Shown in pieces: positions 41,672 to 52,957 of a DNA stretch of 64,000 bases. The position numbers and the translations under genes were made by a program. The notes below the pieces were generated by a model, which saw nothing but the letters and a program-made list of their open reading frames with translations, did no database searches and was not told the origin of the DNA. Every line of letters begins with the position of its first letter. Position 1 is the stretch's first letter. The stretch comes from Candidatus Magasanikbacteria bacterium CG10_big_fil_rev_8_21_14_0_10_36_32. GTDB taxonomy: Bacteria; Patescibacteriota; Patescibacteriia; Magasanikbacterales; GWA2-37-8. The stretch covers positions 87,736-151,735 of the forward strand of contig PFBV01000003.1 in NCBI GenBank assembly GCA_002778465.1. Direction: 5' to 3'.

Positions 41672-41678
41672 AAAACAA

Positions 41679-44600
41679 TTATTTAACTCTCCCCTCACCT
41701 AATAAACTTTCAATCTCTTCTTTTAAATCTGATGATGGGGCTATTTTATATGAAGTTTTAATTTTTTTGCCTTTAACCGACAAATAAACCGGTACTTGTC
41801 CGGAATAATTCTTTAAAATTTTCTTTAAATCATCTGATTTTGTTTTTATTTCCTCTGGAGTAGCGCTGATTTCTAAACCTTTTTCTCCAATCTTTTTGTC
41901 TGGATTATCTGCAACAATTTTAACCGCAGACATGATTCCTCCGCCGTATAACATTTCTTTAATAATTGACTGACAATTTTCTTTATTTAATAAACAAGCT
42001 TTTTCCACAAATAATTTATCATCTCCCTCTCCTGTTGGCATTTTGCCAAGTACAGCTACCGGTTCACCTTCAACCCAAACATCTTTAGTTATTTCATAAG
42101 CCCGAGGAAAAACTAATAATTCAAGCTTATCAGATAAATCCTGGATAGTTACAAATAGCATTGTCTGGCCATTTTTAGTAATTTTTTTCTTAATACTATC
42201 AACCATACCTCCAACAATCGGCCAACCTTTATTTTGTACATTGAACGCATCACATAATGGCGTAATCATTCCAACTAACTTTTGTTCATAATAAGTGAAT
42301 GGGTGGGCGGTGACATAAAGTCCAAGTAATTCTTTTTCCCACTTCATTTTATCATCTTCAGTGGCCAATGGAGCCGCATCCAACCTAACTTTTTCGTTCA
42401 AATCAATATCTGTGCCTAAAAATAATGAATTTTGATTACTAATAATATTTTCTTTAGATGCGCGAACAAAAACCATTATATTTTCCGTGTTCGCCAGTAA
42501 TATTCCACGGTCATAACCGAAACAATCCAAAGCGCCACATTTAGCCAACGACTCTAAAGATTTTTTATTCAAATCTTTATCTTGAATCCGGCGTAAAAAA
42601 TCTTCAAAATCTTTATATTTTCCATTTGATTTTCTTTCACGATAAATAACTTCAGCAATATGCTCGCCAACATTTTTAATTCCCTGTAAACCAAAGCGAA
42701 TATGCGATTTACCACCATTTTCCCAACCAATCATGGCAAAGTTTTTAAAACTCTCATTAACATCGGGAGGTAAAACATCAATACCCATTTTTCCACATTC
42801 ATGAATAATTTCCGGAACCTTATCAATATCACCGCTTTCTGCAATTAATACGGCCGTCATATATTGAACCGGAAAATTAGCTTTAAGATAAGCGGTTTGA
42901 TAAGCTACTACCGCATAACTGGCGGCATGCGCTTTATTAAAACCATAACCTTGAAATGGCACGAACAAATCCCAAATCTGTTCCGCTTGTTCTTTGGTCA
43001 TTCCGCTGTGTTTCTGACAGCCGGGAACAAAAACTTCATGCTGTTTTGCCATTTCCGCGGGAATTTTTTTGCCAATGGCTTTACGAATTTTATCCACGTT
43101 TGTCCAATCATAACCGGCTAATTCCATGGCAGTAAACATTATATCATCCTGATAAACCAAAATTCCAAACGATTTATCCAGATACTTTTCCATTTTCGGA
43201 TGAAGATAAGTTACTGGGCTACGACCCTGTTTTCTAGCAATATATTCTGGAATATTTGCCATTGGACCGGGACGAAATAAAGCAATCATGGCCATAATAT
43301 CAAAAATTGTGGATGGAACCAATTCTTTCAAATAGCGGGTCATTCCGGAACCGGCCAATTGAAACAAACCAACCGTTTCACCACGGGCCAGCATTTCATA
43401 AGTTTTTTTATCATCCCAAGGAATATTAAATAAATCTATTTTTTTATTAGCGGTTTTTTCAATAATTTCCACCGCATGCCCCAAAATGGACAAATTTCTG
43501 ATGCCAAGAAAATCCATTTTCAAAACACCAGCCGGTTCAATTGAATACATATCATATTGAGTAATAATATGCGTACCGCCGGTTTCATATTGAACCGGAG
43601 TGTAATCAGTCAACGGGGTTGGCGAAATAACCACTCCGGCCGCGTGCATTGAAGAATGCCTGGCACAACCCTCAACTTTCTGAGCTAAATCAAGCAAACG
43701 ACGAGCTTGCGGATTTTTGTTATATAACTCTTCTAAATCTTTTTCCAATTCTAAAGCTTTAGCAATCGTCATTGGAAATCCCTGTGAACCCATTGGAATC
43801 ATTTTAGAAATCTGATCGCAAAAAGTATAAGAATAACCAAGAGCTCTACCGGTATCACGAATCGCACCACGCGCCATCATTGTTCCAAAAGTGATAATTT
43901 GTGCCACCCGATCGGCACCATATTTATCAGTCACATATTTAATAATTTCTTCACGGCGGTCATCAGCAAAATCTGCGTCAATATCTGGTGGACTGGGACG
44001 GAAAGGATTTAAAAATCTTTCAAATGGTAAATTAAAATACAACGGATTAACAGTGGTAATACCCATCGCATAAGAAACAATAGAACCAGCACCAGAACCG
44101 CGAGTAGTTTCCATAATACCATGATCGCGAGCATAATTAACATAATCAGCCACAGCAATAAAATAAGGCGCATAACCTTTTGTATTGATAATATTCAATT
44201 CATATTCAGCTCGCTGTTTTACTTCTGAATTTATTTCGGTTAATTTTGGTAATTTTTCAAACACTTGCTTTGTCAAATAATCTTCAGCTGTAATTCCTGG
44301 CGGAATATCAATCGGCGGAAAAATCCATTTATCCAATTCCAAAACTAAATTGACCCTTTCAGCAATTTTGACTGTATTTACTAATGCTTCTGGAATATGT
44401 TTAAAACGCCCAGCAATCTCTTTGGCTGTAGCTAAAGAACAATCCACACTTGCCATGCTTGAACGATTCGGATCTTCCATTGTTCGTCCATCACGAATGC
44501 AGGTTAAAATATCCTGTGCTTCAGCGTCTTCAGGATTTAAATAATGTGCATCGCGACTAACAATAAGGGGTATACCTGTTTCTTTAGATAATTTTTGTAA

Positions 44601-45170
44601 CTGACTATTCAATTCCATTTGTCCGGATAAAGCCGGCAAATCCATCATTTCTAAATAAAAATTTCCTTCACCAAAAATTTCCTGATATTCCAATGCAACT
44701 TTTTTTGCTTTATCAAAATTATTTTCTTTTCGTAAAATATGCGGAATCTCTCCGCCAAAACAAGCGGAAGTAGCCACCAATCCTTCATGATATTGTTTTA
44801 ATAATTCTTTATCCAACCGAGGTTTATAATAAAATCCTTCCAAATTCGCCAATGACGTCAATTTCATCAAATTACGATAACCGGTATAATTCAAAGCCAA
44901 TAAAACCAAATGAAAATATTTATTATCCGGTCCATTTTTTTCAAAACGGCTAGTCGGAGCCAGATAGGCTTCCATGCCAATAATCGGTTTTATATCTTCC
45001 TTTAAACATTTCTGATAAAATTCAATCGCCCCATACATATTACCATGATCAGTCAAAGCCAATGCCGAAAAACCGCGTTTTTTTGCGGTCTTAACCAACT
45101 CATCAATCTTTGATAAACCATCTAATAAAGAATAATGGCTGTGAACATGTAGATGAACAAATTCAGACAT
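41679..45170 (-). CDS. dnaE: DNA polymerase III alpha subunit
   Basis: PHP domain HLHVHSHYSLLDG, RGSGAGS, FERFLNP.R.SPPDIDAD, GFNKAHA. Confidence 0.97.
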   Translation of the reverse strand: MSEFVHLHVHSHYSLLDGLSKIDELVKTAKKRGFSALALTDHGNMYGAIEFYQKCLKEDIKPIIGMEAYLAPTSRFEKNGPDNKYFHLVLLALNYTGYRNLMKLTSLANLEGFYYKPRLDKELLKQYHEGLVATSACFGGEIPHILRKENNFDKAKKVALEYQEIFGEGNFYLEMMDLPALSGQMELNSQLQKLSKETGIPLIVSRDAHYLNPEDAEAQDILTCIRDGRTMEDPNRSSMASVDCSLATAKEIAGRFKHIPEALVNTVKIAERVNLVLELDKWIFPPIDIPPGITAEDYLTKQVFEKLPKLTEINSEVKQRAEYELNIINTKGYAPYFIAVADYVNYARDHGIMETTRGSGAGSIVSYAMGITTVNPLYFNLPFERFLNPFRPSPPDIDADFADDRREEIIKYVTDKYGADRVAQIITFGTMMARGAIRDTGRALGYSYTFCDQISKMIPMGSQGFPMTIAKALELEKDLEELYNKNPQARRLLDLAQKVEGCARHSSMHAAGVVISPTPLTDYTPVQYETGGTHIITQYDMYSIEPAGVLKMDFLGIRNLSILGHAVEIIEKTANKKIDLFNIPWDDKKTYEMLARGETVGLFQLAGSGMTRYLKELVPSTIFDIMAMIALFRPGPMANIPEYIARKQGRSPVTYLHPKMEKYLDKSFGILVYQDDIMFTAMELAGYDWTNVDKIRKAIGKKIPAEMAKQHEVFVPGCQKHSGMTKEQAEQIWDLFVPFQGYGFNKAHAASYAVVAYQTAYLKANFPVQYMTAVLIAESGDIDKVPEIIHECGKMGIDVLPPDVNESFKNFAMIGWENGGKSHIRFGLQGIKNVGEHIAEVIYRERKSNGKYKDFEDFLRRIQDKDLNKKSLESLAKCGALDCFGYDRGILLANTENIMVFVRASKENIISNQNSLFLGTDIDLNEKVRLDAAPLATEDDKMKWEKELLGLYVTAHPFTYYEQKLVGMITPLCDAFNVQNKGWPIVGGMVDSIKKKITKNGQTMLFVTIQDLSDKLELLVFPRAYEITKDVWVEGEPVAVLGKMPTGEGDDKLFVEKACLLNKENCQSIIKEMLYGGGIMSAVKIVADNPDKKIGEKGLEISATPEEIKTKSDDLKKILKNYSGQVPVYLSVKGKKIKTSYKIAPSSDLKEEIESLLGEGRVK

Positions 45171-45258
45171 ACTGGCTTTATTTTACGGCAAACCGCAAAT
45201 AAAATCAACCGGTTAAAAAACAAAAAATCCCCCGCTTTAACGGGGGATTTATTTTTTA

Positions 45259-45660
45259 TTATTTTTTCATTTTTTTACTTAACTTCTGAACTTTTTTCGC
45301 TGTTGCTTCAGCAGCTTTATCAACCGCTTCTTTAGCTGCCATATTTAAACTTGCCGTGCCGACATCAACTAAGTCTTTAACTTTTCCAGCTACAAATTCC
45401 TTAATATCATCCTCGCAACTGGCCTTTTTTTGTCCACCAAAAAACATTTTTACTAAACCGGATATTCCCTCAACTTTTTCTTGAACTTTAGTTACCGCTT
45501 CAGTCAATTGTTGAAAACGCATGCGAAATTCCTCAATAATTTTATTAAAATTCTTTAAAACACTACCGGCATAATAAAACATCCAACAAAGGAAAAAAGT
45601 GGCCCAAATAATACAAAAAGATATTACTATATATAGTATATCCTTTGAATTTTCTATCAT
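45259..45660 (-). CDS. Hypothetical single-TM coiled-coil protein
   Basis: N-terminal TM then helical region; terminator at 45222-45257. Confidence 0.65.
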   Translation of the reverse strand: MIENSKDILYIVISFCIIWATFFLCWMFYYAGSVLKNFNKIIEEFRMRFQQLTEAVTKVQEKVEGISGLVKMFFGGQKKASCEDDIKEFVAGKVKDLVDVGTASLNMAAKEAVDKAAEATAKKVQKLSKKMKK

Positions 45661-45726
45661 AAATTTGTGTTAAAAATTAAACTGTCTGTATTATACCACA
45701 AATCTACCCTCCAGCCAAAATTGCTT

Positions 45727-48168
45727 TTATGCGCGAATTTCAGCCTGATATTTTTTATGAAGTAAGACGACAACTTGTTCCATAACTTTATCTACCTCAG
45801 CTGAATTCAATGTCTTTTCAGGATTAGTAAAAGTTAAACGATAAGCCATGCTCTTTTTGTCTTTTTGAATATGTTCTCCTTCATAAACATCAAACAATTC
45901 AATTTTTTTAATCAATTTATCAATGCCGGATAAATCTTCAGCTATTTTTTCATGCTCGATTTTTTTAGCAACTGTAAAAGCTAAATCACGTAAAACTTCA
46001 GGAAACTCAGAAAGTTTTTCGTAAGTTTTAATTTTAGAACCGGCAACAATCTCCGCCATCTCATTCAAATTAATTTCTAAAATACCCACTCTTATATCCA
46101 ATCCAAATTTCTTTGCTGTCACCGGATTAACTTCATATATAAAACCTAGAGTTTTTTCTCCTATAACAACTTCTCCTGACCGAGTCGGATGCATCCATAA
46201 TTTTGTGGATGGAAGTTTTTTAATTGTCACTGGTAAATTCAATTCATTCATTATAACTTCAATCGTCCTACGGGCAACCGTAAACGGAATTTCATTCTTT
46301 TTATCCGCACAAACTGCTGACAACCAAACGTCCTGACGAGGTAAAAGTTCATCACTTTTTTCTTTTGTCCGCGGACCGTTAAAATCTGGCCAGAAAACCT
46401 TTCCTATTTCTAAAATTTTTACCGGACTAAAATATTCAATATTTTTTGCCGCATTCTCCAACATATTCGGCACTAACGATCGGCGAAGAAGCGGCTTTTC
46501 TTTGGAAATAGGATTATCTAATTCCACATATTCTCCATCATCACCAAACTTTTCTTTCTGTTCACGACTGACAAATGCATAATTATAAACTTCATCGTAA
46601 GCCAAATTACGAACTAAAATAGTGCGAAATAAATGTTCCAATTTTCTGATATCATTTTCTTCAGGTGGTATCATTGGAAACAGAGGAGTGGCTGATTGAA
46701 TATTATCATAACCGTAAATACGCGCGACTTCTTCAACTAAATCCTCCACAATTGAAATTTCTTTACTGGCGCGCCAACTCGGAATTTTTACCATCCAAAC
46801 TCTACTCTTATCCTTAATTTCAAAACCAAGCCTTTCTAAAATATTTTTAATATCTTTTTCCGGAATTTCTACACCTAATTTTTTAGTAAAAATATTTTTA
46901 TCCACTTCCAACGGTCCGCCAGCAACAGTAAAATTGGCAACATCAATCAATCGACTAGAAATTGTCGCTCCGTGACAAAATTCCAAAGTAAATTCAACCG
47001 CTTTTTGTAAAGCTGTTTCACACACAATAGGATCTAAACTTTTTTCAAAACGCGCCGATGAATCAGTTCTTAAACCCAAACGCACTGAACTCTTCCTAAT
47101 GGTGGCGGCATTAAAATTAGCTGATTCAAAAATTATTGTATCGGTAGTTTCATCAATTCCACTTGTTTCTCCTCCCATAATTCCAGCTAAAGCTAAAGGT
47201 TTTTCCGAATCAGCAATCACTAAATCTGCTTCTGATAAATTAACTTTAACATCATCAAGTAAAATCATTTTTTCTCCTTTTTCCGCCTGTCTAACAATAA
47301 TATTAGTTAATTTTTTGGCATCAAAAGCATGCATCGGCTGACCCAAATCCAACATTAAATAATTAGTAATGTCAACGATATTATTAATAGGTCTTAATCC
47401 TGCCGCGATTAAACTTTGTCTCATCCAATCTGGAGATTCAGTAATTTTAATTCCACTTATTGCCACCGCCATATAACGCGGACAAAGTTTTGTATCTTTA
47501 ACTTCAACTTTCAAATCAATTTCATTTTTAGAAGATTTAATCGGCTTAATTTTATAATCATTAAGTGCTTTACCTAACAAAGCCGCCACTTCACGCGCTA
47601 AACCGTAATGTCCCCACAAATCAGGACGGTTACTCAATGATTTATTATCAATTTCAAAAATTGTATCATTTAAACCCAACGCTTCAGCCAATGGTTTACC
47701 AATTGTTTTTTCTTTAACTTTTTCAGATAAATCAATAATTTCTTTTTCATCTTTTGGTGGAAACATTCCACTTAAACCAATTTCTGTCGCGCCACAAATC
47801 ATTCCATAAGATTCCACACCACGAATAGTAGTCAATTTTAATTCAACCAATTCTCCTTCACCGTGCCACTTTACTTTCGCTCCAATTTTCGCCAACGCCA
47901 CCAACATTCCTTCACGCACATTAGAACCGCCACAAACAATTTGTAATTTTTCTCCTGCATCAACTTGGCATAATTTTAATTTATCAGCCTGAGGATGTTT
48001 TTCTGCTGAAACAATTTTACCAACAACAATGTTTTCCAAATCTTTACCTTGACTTTCAACATTTTCAACTTCCACCGTGCTTAATTTTAATTTTTCCGCC
48101 ACTTCTTCCGCTGTAATAGAACTGGACAAATTAACATGTTTTTTTAACCAATTAAATGAAATTCTCAT
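45727..48168 (-). CDS. pheT: Phenylalanyl-tRNA synthetase beta subunit
   Basis: HPQADKL, NRPDLWGHYGLARE, INNIVDITNY, DLVEEVARIYGY, FDX-ACB C-terminus. Confidence 0.97.
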   Translation of the reverse strand: MRISFNWLKKHVNLSSSITAEEVAEKLKLSTVEVENVESQGKDLENIVVGKIVSAEKHPQADKLKLCQVDAGEKLQIVCGGSNVREGMLVALAKIGAKVKWHGEGELVELKLTTIRGVESYGMICGATEIGLSGMFPPKDEKEIIDLSEKVKEKTIGKPLAEALGLNDTIFEIDNKSLSNRPDLWGHYGLAREVAALLGKALNDYKIKPIKSSKNEIDLKVEVKDTKLCPRYMAVAISGIKITESPDWMRQSLIAAGLRPINNIVDITNYLMLDLGQPMHAFDAKKLTNIIVRQAEKGEKMILLDDVKVNLSEADLVIADSEKPLALAGIMGGETSGIDETTDTIIFESANFNAATIRKSSVRLGLRTDSSARFEKSLDPIVCETALQKAVEFTLEFCHGATISSRLIDVANFTVAGGPLEVDKNIFTKKLGVEIPEKDIKNILERLGFEIKDKSRVWMVKIPSWRASKEISIVEDLVEEVARIYGYDNIQSATPLFPMIPPEENDIRKLEHLFRTILVRNLAYDEVYNYAFVSREQKEKFGDDGEYVELDNPISKEKPLLRRSLVPNMLENAAKNIEYFSPVKILEIGKVFWPDFNGPRTKEKSDELLPRQDVWLSAVCADKKNEIPFTVARRTIEVIMNELNLPVTIKKLPSTKLWMHPTRSGEVVIGEKTLGFIYEVNPVTAKKFGLDIRVGILEINLNEMAEIVAGSKIKTYEKLSEFPEVLRDLAFTVAKKIEHEKIAEDLSGIDKLIKKIELFDVYEGEHIQKDKKSMAYRLTFTNPEKTLNSAEVDKVMEQVVVLLHKKYQAEIRA

Positions 48169-48169
48169 A

Positions 48170-49201
48170 TTAAAATTGTTTTATAAATCTCAAATCACCA
48201 CTTTCTAAAAATCGGATATCATCAATATTGTATTTAAGCATCACTAATCTAGTCAATCCAAAACCAAAAGCAAAACCCTGATATTTCATTGAGTCAATAT
48301 TGCCTTCTTTTAAAACATTAGGATGAATCATTCCGGCACCAAAAATTTCCATCCAACCGGTATATTTACATACACGACAACCTTTTCCACCACACAGAAA
48401 ACAAGTTACTTCGCCATTAACACCTGGCTCAACAAAAGGATAAAATTTCGGACGTAAACGAACCTTTGTTTCAGATCCATACAAATGTTTAGCTACCGCT
48501 TCTAAAACACCTTTCATATGTGCCAATGTAATATTTTTATCAACCACTACACCTTCCAACTGATAAAAAGTATGTTCATGTCGGGCATCAGTTGATTCAT
48601 TTCGAAAACATTTTCCAGGCACAATCATTCTCAATGGAGCACCATATTTTTGCATTGCCCTAACTTGAACCGAAGAAGTATGTGTTCGCATTACCCAATC
48701 AGAATGATCTTTAATATAAAAAGTATCTTGCATATCACGAGCCGGATGATCAGCTGGAATATTCACGGCGGCAAAATTATAATAATCACTTTCTAATTCC
48801 GGTCCATCTAAAATTTTAAAACCCATTGAAACAAAGAAGTCTTCCAAATCTTTCTGCACAATAGAATTCGGATGAAAATGTCCACATTCCTGTGACGGCA
48901 AAGCCGGCTGGCTGATATCAACTGTTTCTTTTTCCAATTCGCCTGACGAATTTTTCTCCCACAACTCATTTTTTTTAACCGCTAATTCTTCTTCTATTTC
49001 TTTCTTAACTTCATTAGCTAACTGTCCGACAGTTCGTTTTTCTTCATCAGACAAATCTTTCAATCCTTTCATCAATTCAGTCAATTCTCCGGCTTTACGT
49101 CCAAGTAATCTATTTTCTAAATCTACCAATCCAGCATCATCTTTAATAGCTTTAATCACCGCCAACGCTTCGCTTTTTAATTTTTGTAATTTATCTTTCA
49201 T
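48170..49201 (-). CDS. pheS: Phenylalanyl-tRNA synthetase alpha subunit
   Basis: HPARDMQDTF, RTHTS, YPFVEP, GFAFGFGL. Confidence 0.97.
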   Translation of the reverse strand: MKDKLQKLKSEALAVIKAIKDDAGLVDLENRLLGRKAGELTELMKGLKDLSDEEKRTVGQLANEVKKEIEEELAVKKNELWEKNSSGELEKETVDISQPALPSQECGHFHPNSIVQKDLEDFFVSMGFKILDGPELESDYYNFAAVNIPADHPARDMQDTFYIKDHSDWVMRTHTSSVQVRAMQKYGAPLRMIVPGKCFRNESTDARHEHTFYQLEGVVVDKNITLAHMKGVLEAVAKHLYGSETKVRLRPKFYPFVEPGVNGEVTCFLCGGKGCRVCKYTGWMEIFGAGMIHPNVLKEGNIDSMKYQGFAFGFGLTRLVMLKYNIDDIRFLESGDLRFIKQF

Positions 49202-49218
49202 AATTTAAAATTATTTTT

Positions 49219-50049
49219 CTATAATTTTGGTTTAATTCTCTTGCCTGTTTTGGCAGGATCGTAAGTATCAGTTAAAGTTTTGGCATGATAAGTTTTTAAT
49301 GCTTTATGTAATTCTTCAATCACACTAGTTTCTATAAAATTTTCAGGATTAATCATTCCTTCCTGAATTGATTTTGAACAATTATCTTCTTCCTTTAATT
49401 CTTCTTCCCAATCAAACTTCTCTAAATTTTTAGTTTTAAATTTTTTAAAAAAATCAATTCCCGTTTGGTCTGATATTTTCCTAAAATACTTTAACGCTCT
49501 AGCGGTAGCATCCCTTTCCATTATTTTTTCCGATAAATTAATAACTTCCTTTGAATTTGTTTCATTTATCTTCCCAGATTTTATTAATGTCACCACTTCG
49601 GGAAACATTTTTATTACACGCTTAAATACTTCAACTCTTTCTTTTGTATTATCATCGTTCTTTTCTATTTTAATATCAAGAGCCAATTTTAAAATATCCT
49701 GATCAAAATTTTCATTTATAAATTGATCTAAATGTCCAAATTCATGCATTAAAAGCCCTAAATCAATAATACTATCAAATTTATTTATTTCTACATCACC
49801 TGACGATACAAATAAATTACCTCCCTCTTCTCCCGTATAATTAAGAAAAACTTTTCCAGCATTAACTAATTTCAAAATATCTACACTGCCTTTTGGTCCT
49901 TCAATATTCAAACTTTTTAATTCACTTATTAACGGTTCAGTTTCTTTCCATTCCACTTTCAAATGTTTATTCCAATCAAACTCCACCTTCAGTTCGCGGG
50001 TTTCTCTAATTTCTGACGGAATTTGATTTTGTTCCGGTGAACGTGTCAT
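49219..50049 (-). CDS. Hypothetical protein with zincin-like HEFGH motif
   Basis: LLMHEFGHLDQ and downstream MERDA; ATG at 50049 avoids overlap with rseP. Confidence 0.6.
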   Translation of the reverse strand: MTRSPEQNQIPSEIRETRELKVEFDWNKHLKVEWKETEPLISELKSLNIEGPKGSVDILKLVNAGKVFLNYTGEEGGNLFVSSGDVEINKFDSIIDLGLLMHEFGHLDQFINENFDQDILKLALDIKIEKNDDNTKERVEVFKRVIKMFPEVVTLIKSGKINETNSKEVINLSEKIMERDATARALKYFRKISDQTGIDFFKKFKTKNLEKFDWEEELKEEDNCSKSIQEGMINPENFIETSVIEELHKALKTYHAKTLTDTYDPAKTGKRIKPKL

Positions 50050-50050
50050 A

Positions 50051-51364
50051 TTAAAAAAACTTATTCCACAAACCAATAAATAATCCTCTAAATGTTCCTA
50101 TATCTTTTATAGTCACCAGAGCAATCAAAGCTAGGAGTAGTACAAAACCAACTGTATGCGCCACTTGTTCATATTTTAAAAATGTCCAGCGTCGATTAAT
50201 TTTGCTTAATAATAAAAATAATAATCGTCCACCGTCTAAAGCCGGAATTGGAAGAATATTAACTACCGCCAAATTTAAAGATAAAACCGCGACAAACTGT
50301 AACAAATATAAAAATCCCATTTTTGCCACTTCACCGGTCATTACAGCAATACCAATCGGACCAGACACCGAATCACCAATGTCTTCCTTGCCAATAAACA
50401 AACCTTTAATTAAAGATCCAAAAGCAATCACAATATCTTTCAGATAAACTCCAGTATCAATACAAGCGTGATAAATTGCTTTGTACCAAGGATATTTTAC
50501 TGTGCCATATTCAGCTATACCAACGCCTATTCCACCGCGTCCGCTATCTTGATAAATCATTGGTTTAATTTTTTTATTCAATAACTCATCCCCTCGTTTA
50601 ATAACAAAAGAAACCTCATCGGTTTGGTGGGCATCAACATAATTTTGCATTTCAAATAAACGAGGATTAACAATATCACCAACTTGCGCCACCACATCAC
50701 CGGATTGAATATCAACTAAAGCAGCCGGTTTATCCGGTAAAACCTGAACAATTTCTAAAGTTCTATTTTGTACCGCACTGGTATCTTCAATTTTATCAGT
50801 CAACATCGGTAAACCAACTGAATAACCGACCGAAAATAAAATCGCGGCCAAAAGCACATTCATTGCTACACCAGCTACCATTACAATGGCTTTCTTCCAA
50901 GCCGGTTTGCCAGAAAAACTGTCTGGACCAATATCATTATTATCTTCACCTTTAATTTGAACAAAACCGCCCAAAGGGATCAAATTTATAGAATAAACCG
51001 TACCTTCACGCAACTGTTCATTGCCGTTTTCTGGAACAATCGGCTTATTACCCCAAACCCAGCGCCATTTTTTTATGGGTACTTCTTTAGTAATTTCCAC
51101 AATTTTATCAGTCACTGTTTCTTTAATCACTTCCGTATTTTCCGAAACTTGATAATCCTTAATATTAACATCTATAATTTCTTCTTCAGACAATGTTTCC
51201 AATTTTTTTCCTTCCAATCTTTGTATACCAAACAAACGCGGGGCAAATCCAAATCCAAACTCATAAACTTTCATTCCGCTTTTTTTGGCAGCAATAAAAT
51301 GCCCCACTTCATGAGATAAAACTAATATTGCCAATACGGCGATAAAAATAAGAAGAGTTGCCAT
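50051..51364 (-). CDS. rseP: Site-2 protease RseP (M50) with PDZ domain
   Basis: HEVGH, PLGGFV, AGVAMN, GPIGI, NILPIPALDGG. Confidence 0.93.
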   Translation of the reverse strand: MATLLIFIAVLAILVLSHEVGHFIAAKKSGMKVYEFGFGFAPRLFGIQRLEGKKLETLSEEEIIDVNIKDYQVSENTEVIKETVTDKIVEITKEVPIKKWRWVWGNKPIVPENGNEQLREGTVYSINLIPLGGFVQIKGEDNNDIGPDSFSGKPAWKKAIVMVAGVAMNVLLAAILFSVGYSVGLPMLTDKIEDTSAVQNRTLEIVQVLPDKPAALVDIQSGDVVAQVGDIVNPRLFEMQNYVDAHQTDEVSFVIKRGDELLNKKIKPMIYQDSGRGGIGVGIAEYGTVKYPWYKAIYHACIDTGVYLKDIVIAFGSLIKGLFIGKEDIGDSVSGPIGIAVMTGEVAKMGFLYLLQFVAVLSLNLAVVNILPIPALDGGRLLFLLLSKINRRWTFLKYEQVAHTVGFVLLLALIALVTIKDIGTFRGLFIGLWNKFF

Positions 51365-51483
51365 AAAACCCTATAAATAATGAATTAATTTTACTATATA
51401 TAATGACGATTGGCAAGTCCCTTGTTTTTCCGCTTTATTTAATATATAATGACATAAAAGTAATTATTATTAATTTTAATTTT

Positions 51484-52050
51484 ATGATGCCTCTATATAT
51501 CATCTTGGGTGTAGCCGTAGTGATTGGTTTGTGGTTAATTTTAACTTACAATGGATTAATCCGCTCAAAAAATCAGGTTGATGAATCTTACAGTGACATT
51601 GATGTTCAACTTAAACGTCGTTATGATTTAATTCCGAATTTGGTTGAAACCGTCAAAGGTTATATGACTCACGAGCAAAATACTTTGATTAAATTAACTG
51701 AGGCTCGTTCGGCGGCAATGAAAGTTCACGATAATAAAGAAGCTACTTTGGCTGAGCGGGAAGCGGCGGAAAATATGCTCTCTGGCACTTTAAAATCTTT
51801 GTTCGCGGTTACGGAAAATTATCCAGATTTAAAAGCCAGTCAGAATTTTATGGAATTACAAAGAGAATTGACTGACACAGAAAATAAAATTCAAGCCGCT
51901 CGCCGATTTTACAATGGCAATGTTCGTGACTTCAATATAAAAATTCAAGTTTTCCCAACCAATCTTATCGCCAGTGCATTGAAATTCGTCAAATATGATT
52001 TCTTCAAAGCTGATGAAGGAGAAAAAACAAACGTTAAAGTTCAATTCTAA
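51484..52050 (+). CDS. lemA: LemA family protein
   Basis: DIDVQLKRRYDLIPNLVETVKGY, ENYPDLKASQNF, AARRFYN. Confidence 0.95.
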   Translation: MMPLYIILGVAVVIGLWLILTYNGLIRSKNQVDESYSDIDVQLKRRYDLIPNLVETVKGYMTHEQNTLIKLTEARSAAMKVHDNKEATLAEREAAENMLSGTLKSLFAVTENYPDLKASQNFMELQRELTDTENKIQAARRFYNGNVRDFNIKIQVFPTNLIASALKFVKYDFFKADEGEKTNVKVQF

Positions 52051-52052
52051 TT

Positions 52053-52952
52053 ATGTATAGCGAAATTGCTTCCAATAAACGCAAGTCAATCTTGCTAGCT
52101 TCTTTATTTATTGCCGTAATAATTTTACTCGGTTGGATTTTTGATCAAGTTTACGTCGGTGGAAAAAGTTATACTGGAATAATTATCGCTATTTTTTTGT
52201 CTTTTGGTCTAACCGCCATTTCCTATTTTCAAGGCGACAAAATAGCCCTGCTGACCACCGGTGCCAAATTGCTGGAGCATGATGAAAATCAAAGAGTTTA
52301 TCATTTAGTTGAAAATCTTTGCATTGCTTCCGGCACACCGATACCAAAGATATATCTAATAGAAGATCCGGCCATTAATGCCTTTGCCACTGGAAGAAAA
52401 CCGGAAATAGCATCTATTGCTTTAACTCGCGGAGCGATTGAAAAATTGACCGACAATGAACTGGAAGGCGTCATCGCCCACGAGCTTTCGCATATTAAAA
52501 ATTACGACATCCGCTTTATGATGCTGGTAGCAGTAATGGTGGGGTCAATTTCCATTTTAGCCAATATTCTTTTACGTTCGGGCGGACTGACGCGCGGAAA
52601 AGGCGGAAATGACCGCGAGGGCGGCAGTCAGCTTTTTGCTATTTTAATGATTGTCGGAATTGTCCTGGCGATACTTTCACCGCTTATCGCTGAACTGATT
52701 AAATTGGCTATTTCCCGCCGACGCGAATTTCTAGCTGACGCTTCCGGTGCCTTATTAACTCGTTATCCCGAAGGTCTGGCCCGGGCGCTGGAAAAAATAT
52801 CAGCCGAAGCCAAACCGATGCGCACAGCTTCTTCAGCTACAGCTCATCTTTTCATCGCCTCCCCTTTCAGCGCCAAATCATTTTCCAAATTATTTTCAAC
52901 ACATCCTCCGGTTGAAGAACGCATCAAAAAATTACGGACGATGGGAGCGTAA
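52053..52952 (+). CDS. htpX: HtpX-like M48 zinc metalloprotease
   Basis: NAFATGR, ELEGVIAHELSH, SRRREFLADA, FSTHPP. Confidence 0.92.
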   Translation: MYSEIASNKRKSILLASLFIAVIILLGWIFDQVYVGGKSYTGIIIAIFLSFGLTAISYFQGDKIALLTTGAKLLEHDENQRVYHLVENLCIASGTPIPKIYLIEDPAINAFATGRKPEIASIALTRGAIEKLTDNELEGVIAHELSHIKNYDIRFMMLVAVMVGSISILANILLRSGGLTRGKGGNDREGGSQLFAILMIVGIVLAILSPLIAELIKLAISRRREFLADASGALLTRYPEGLARALEKISAEAKPMRTASSATAHLFIASPFSAKSFSKLFSTHPPVEERIKKLRTMGA

Positions 52953-52957
52953 AAAAT

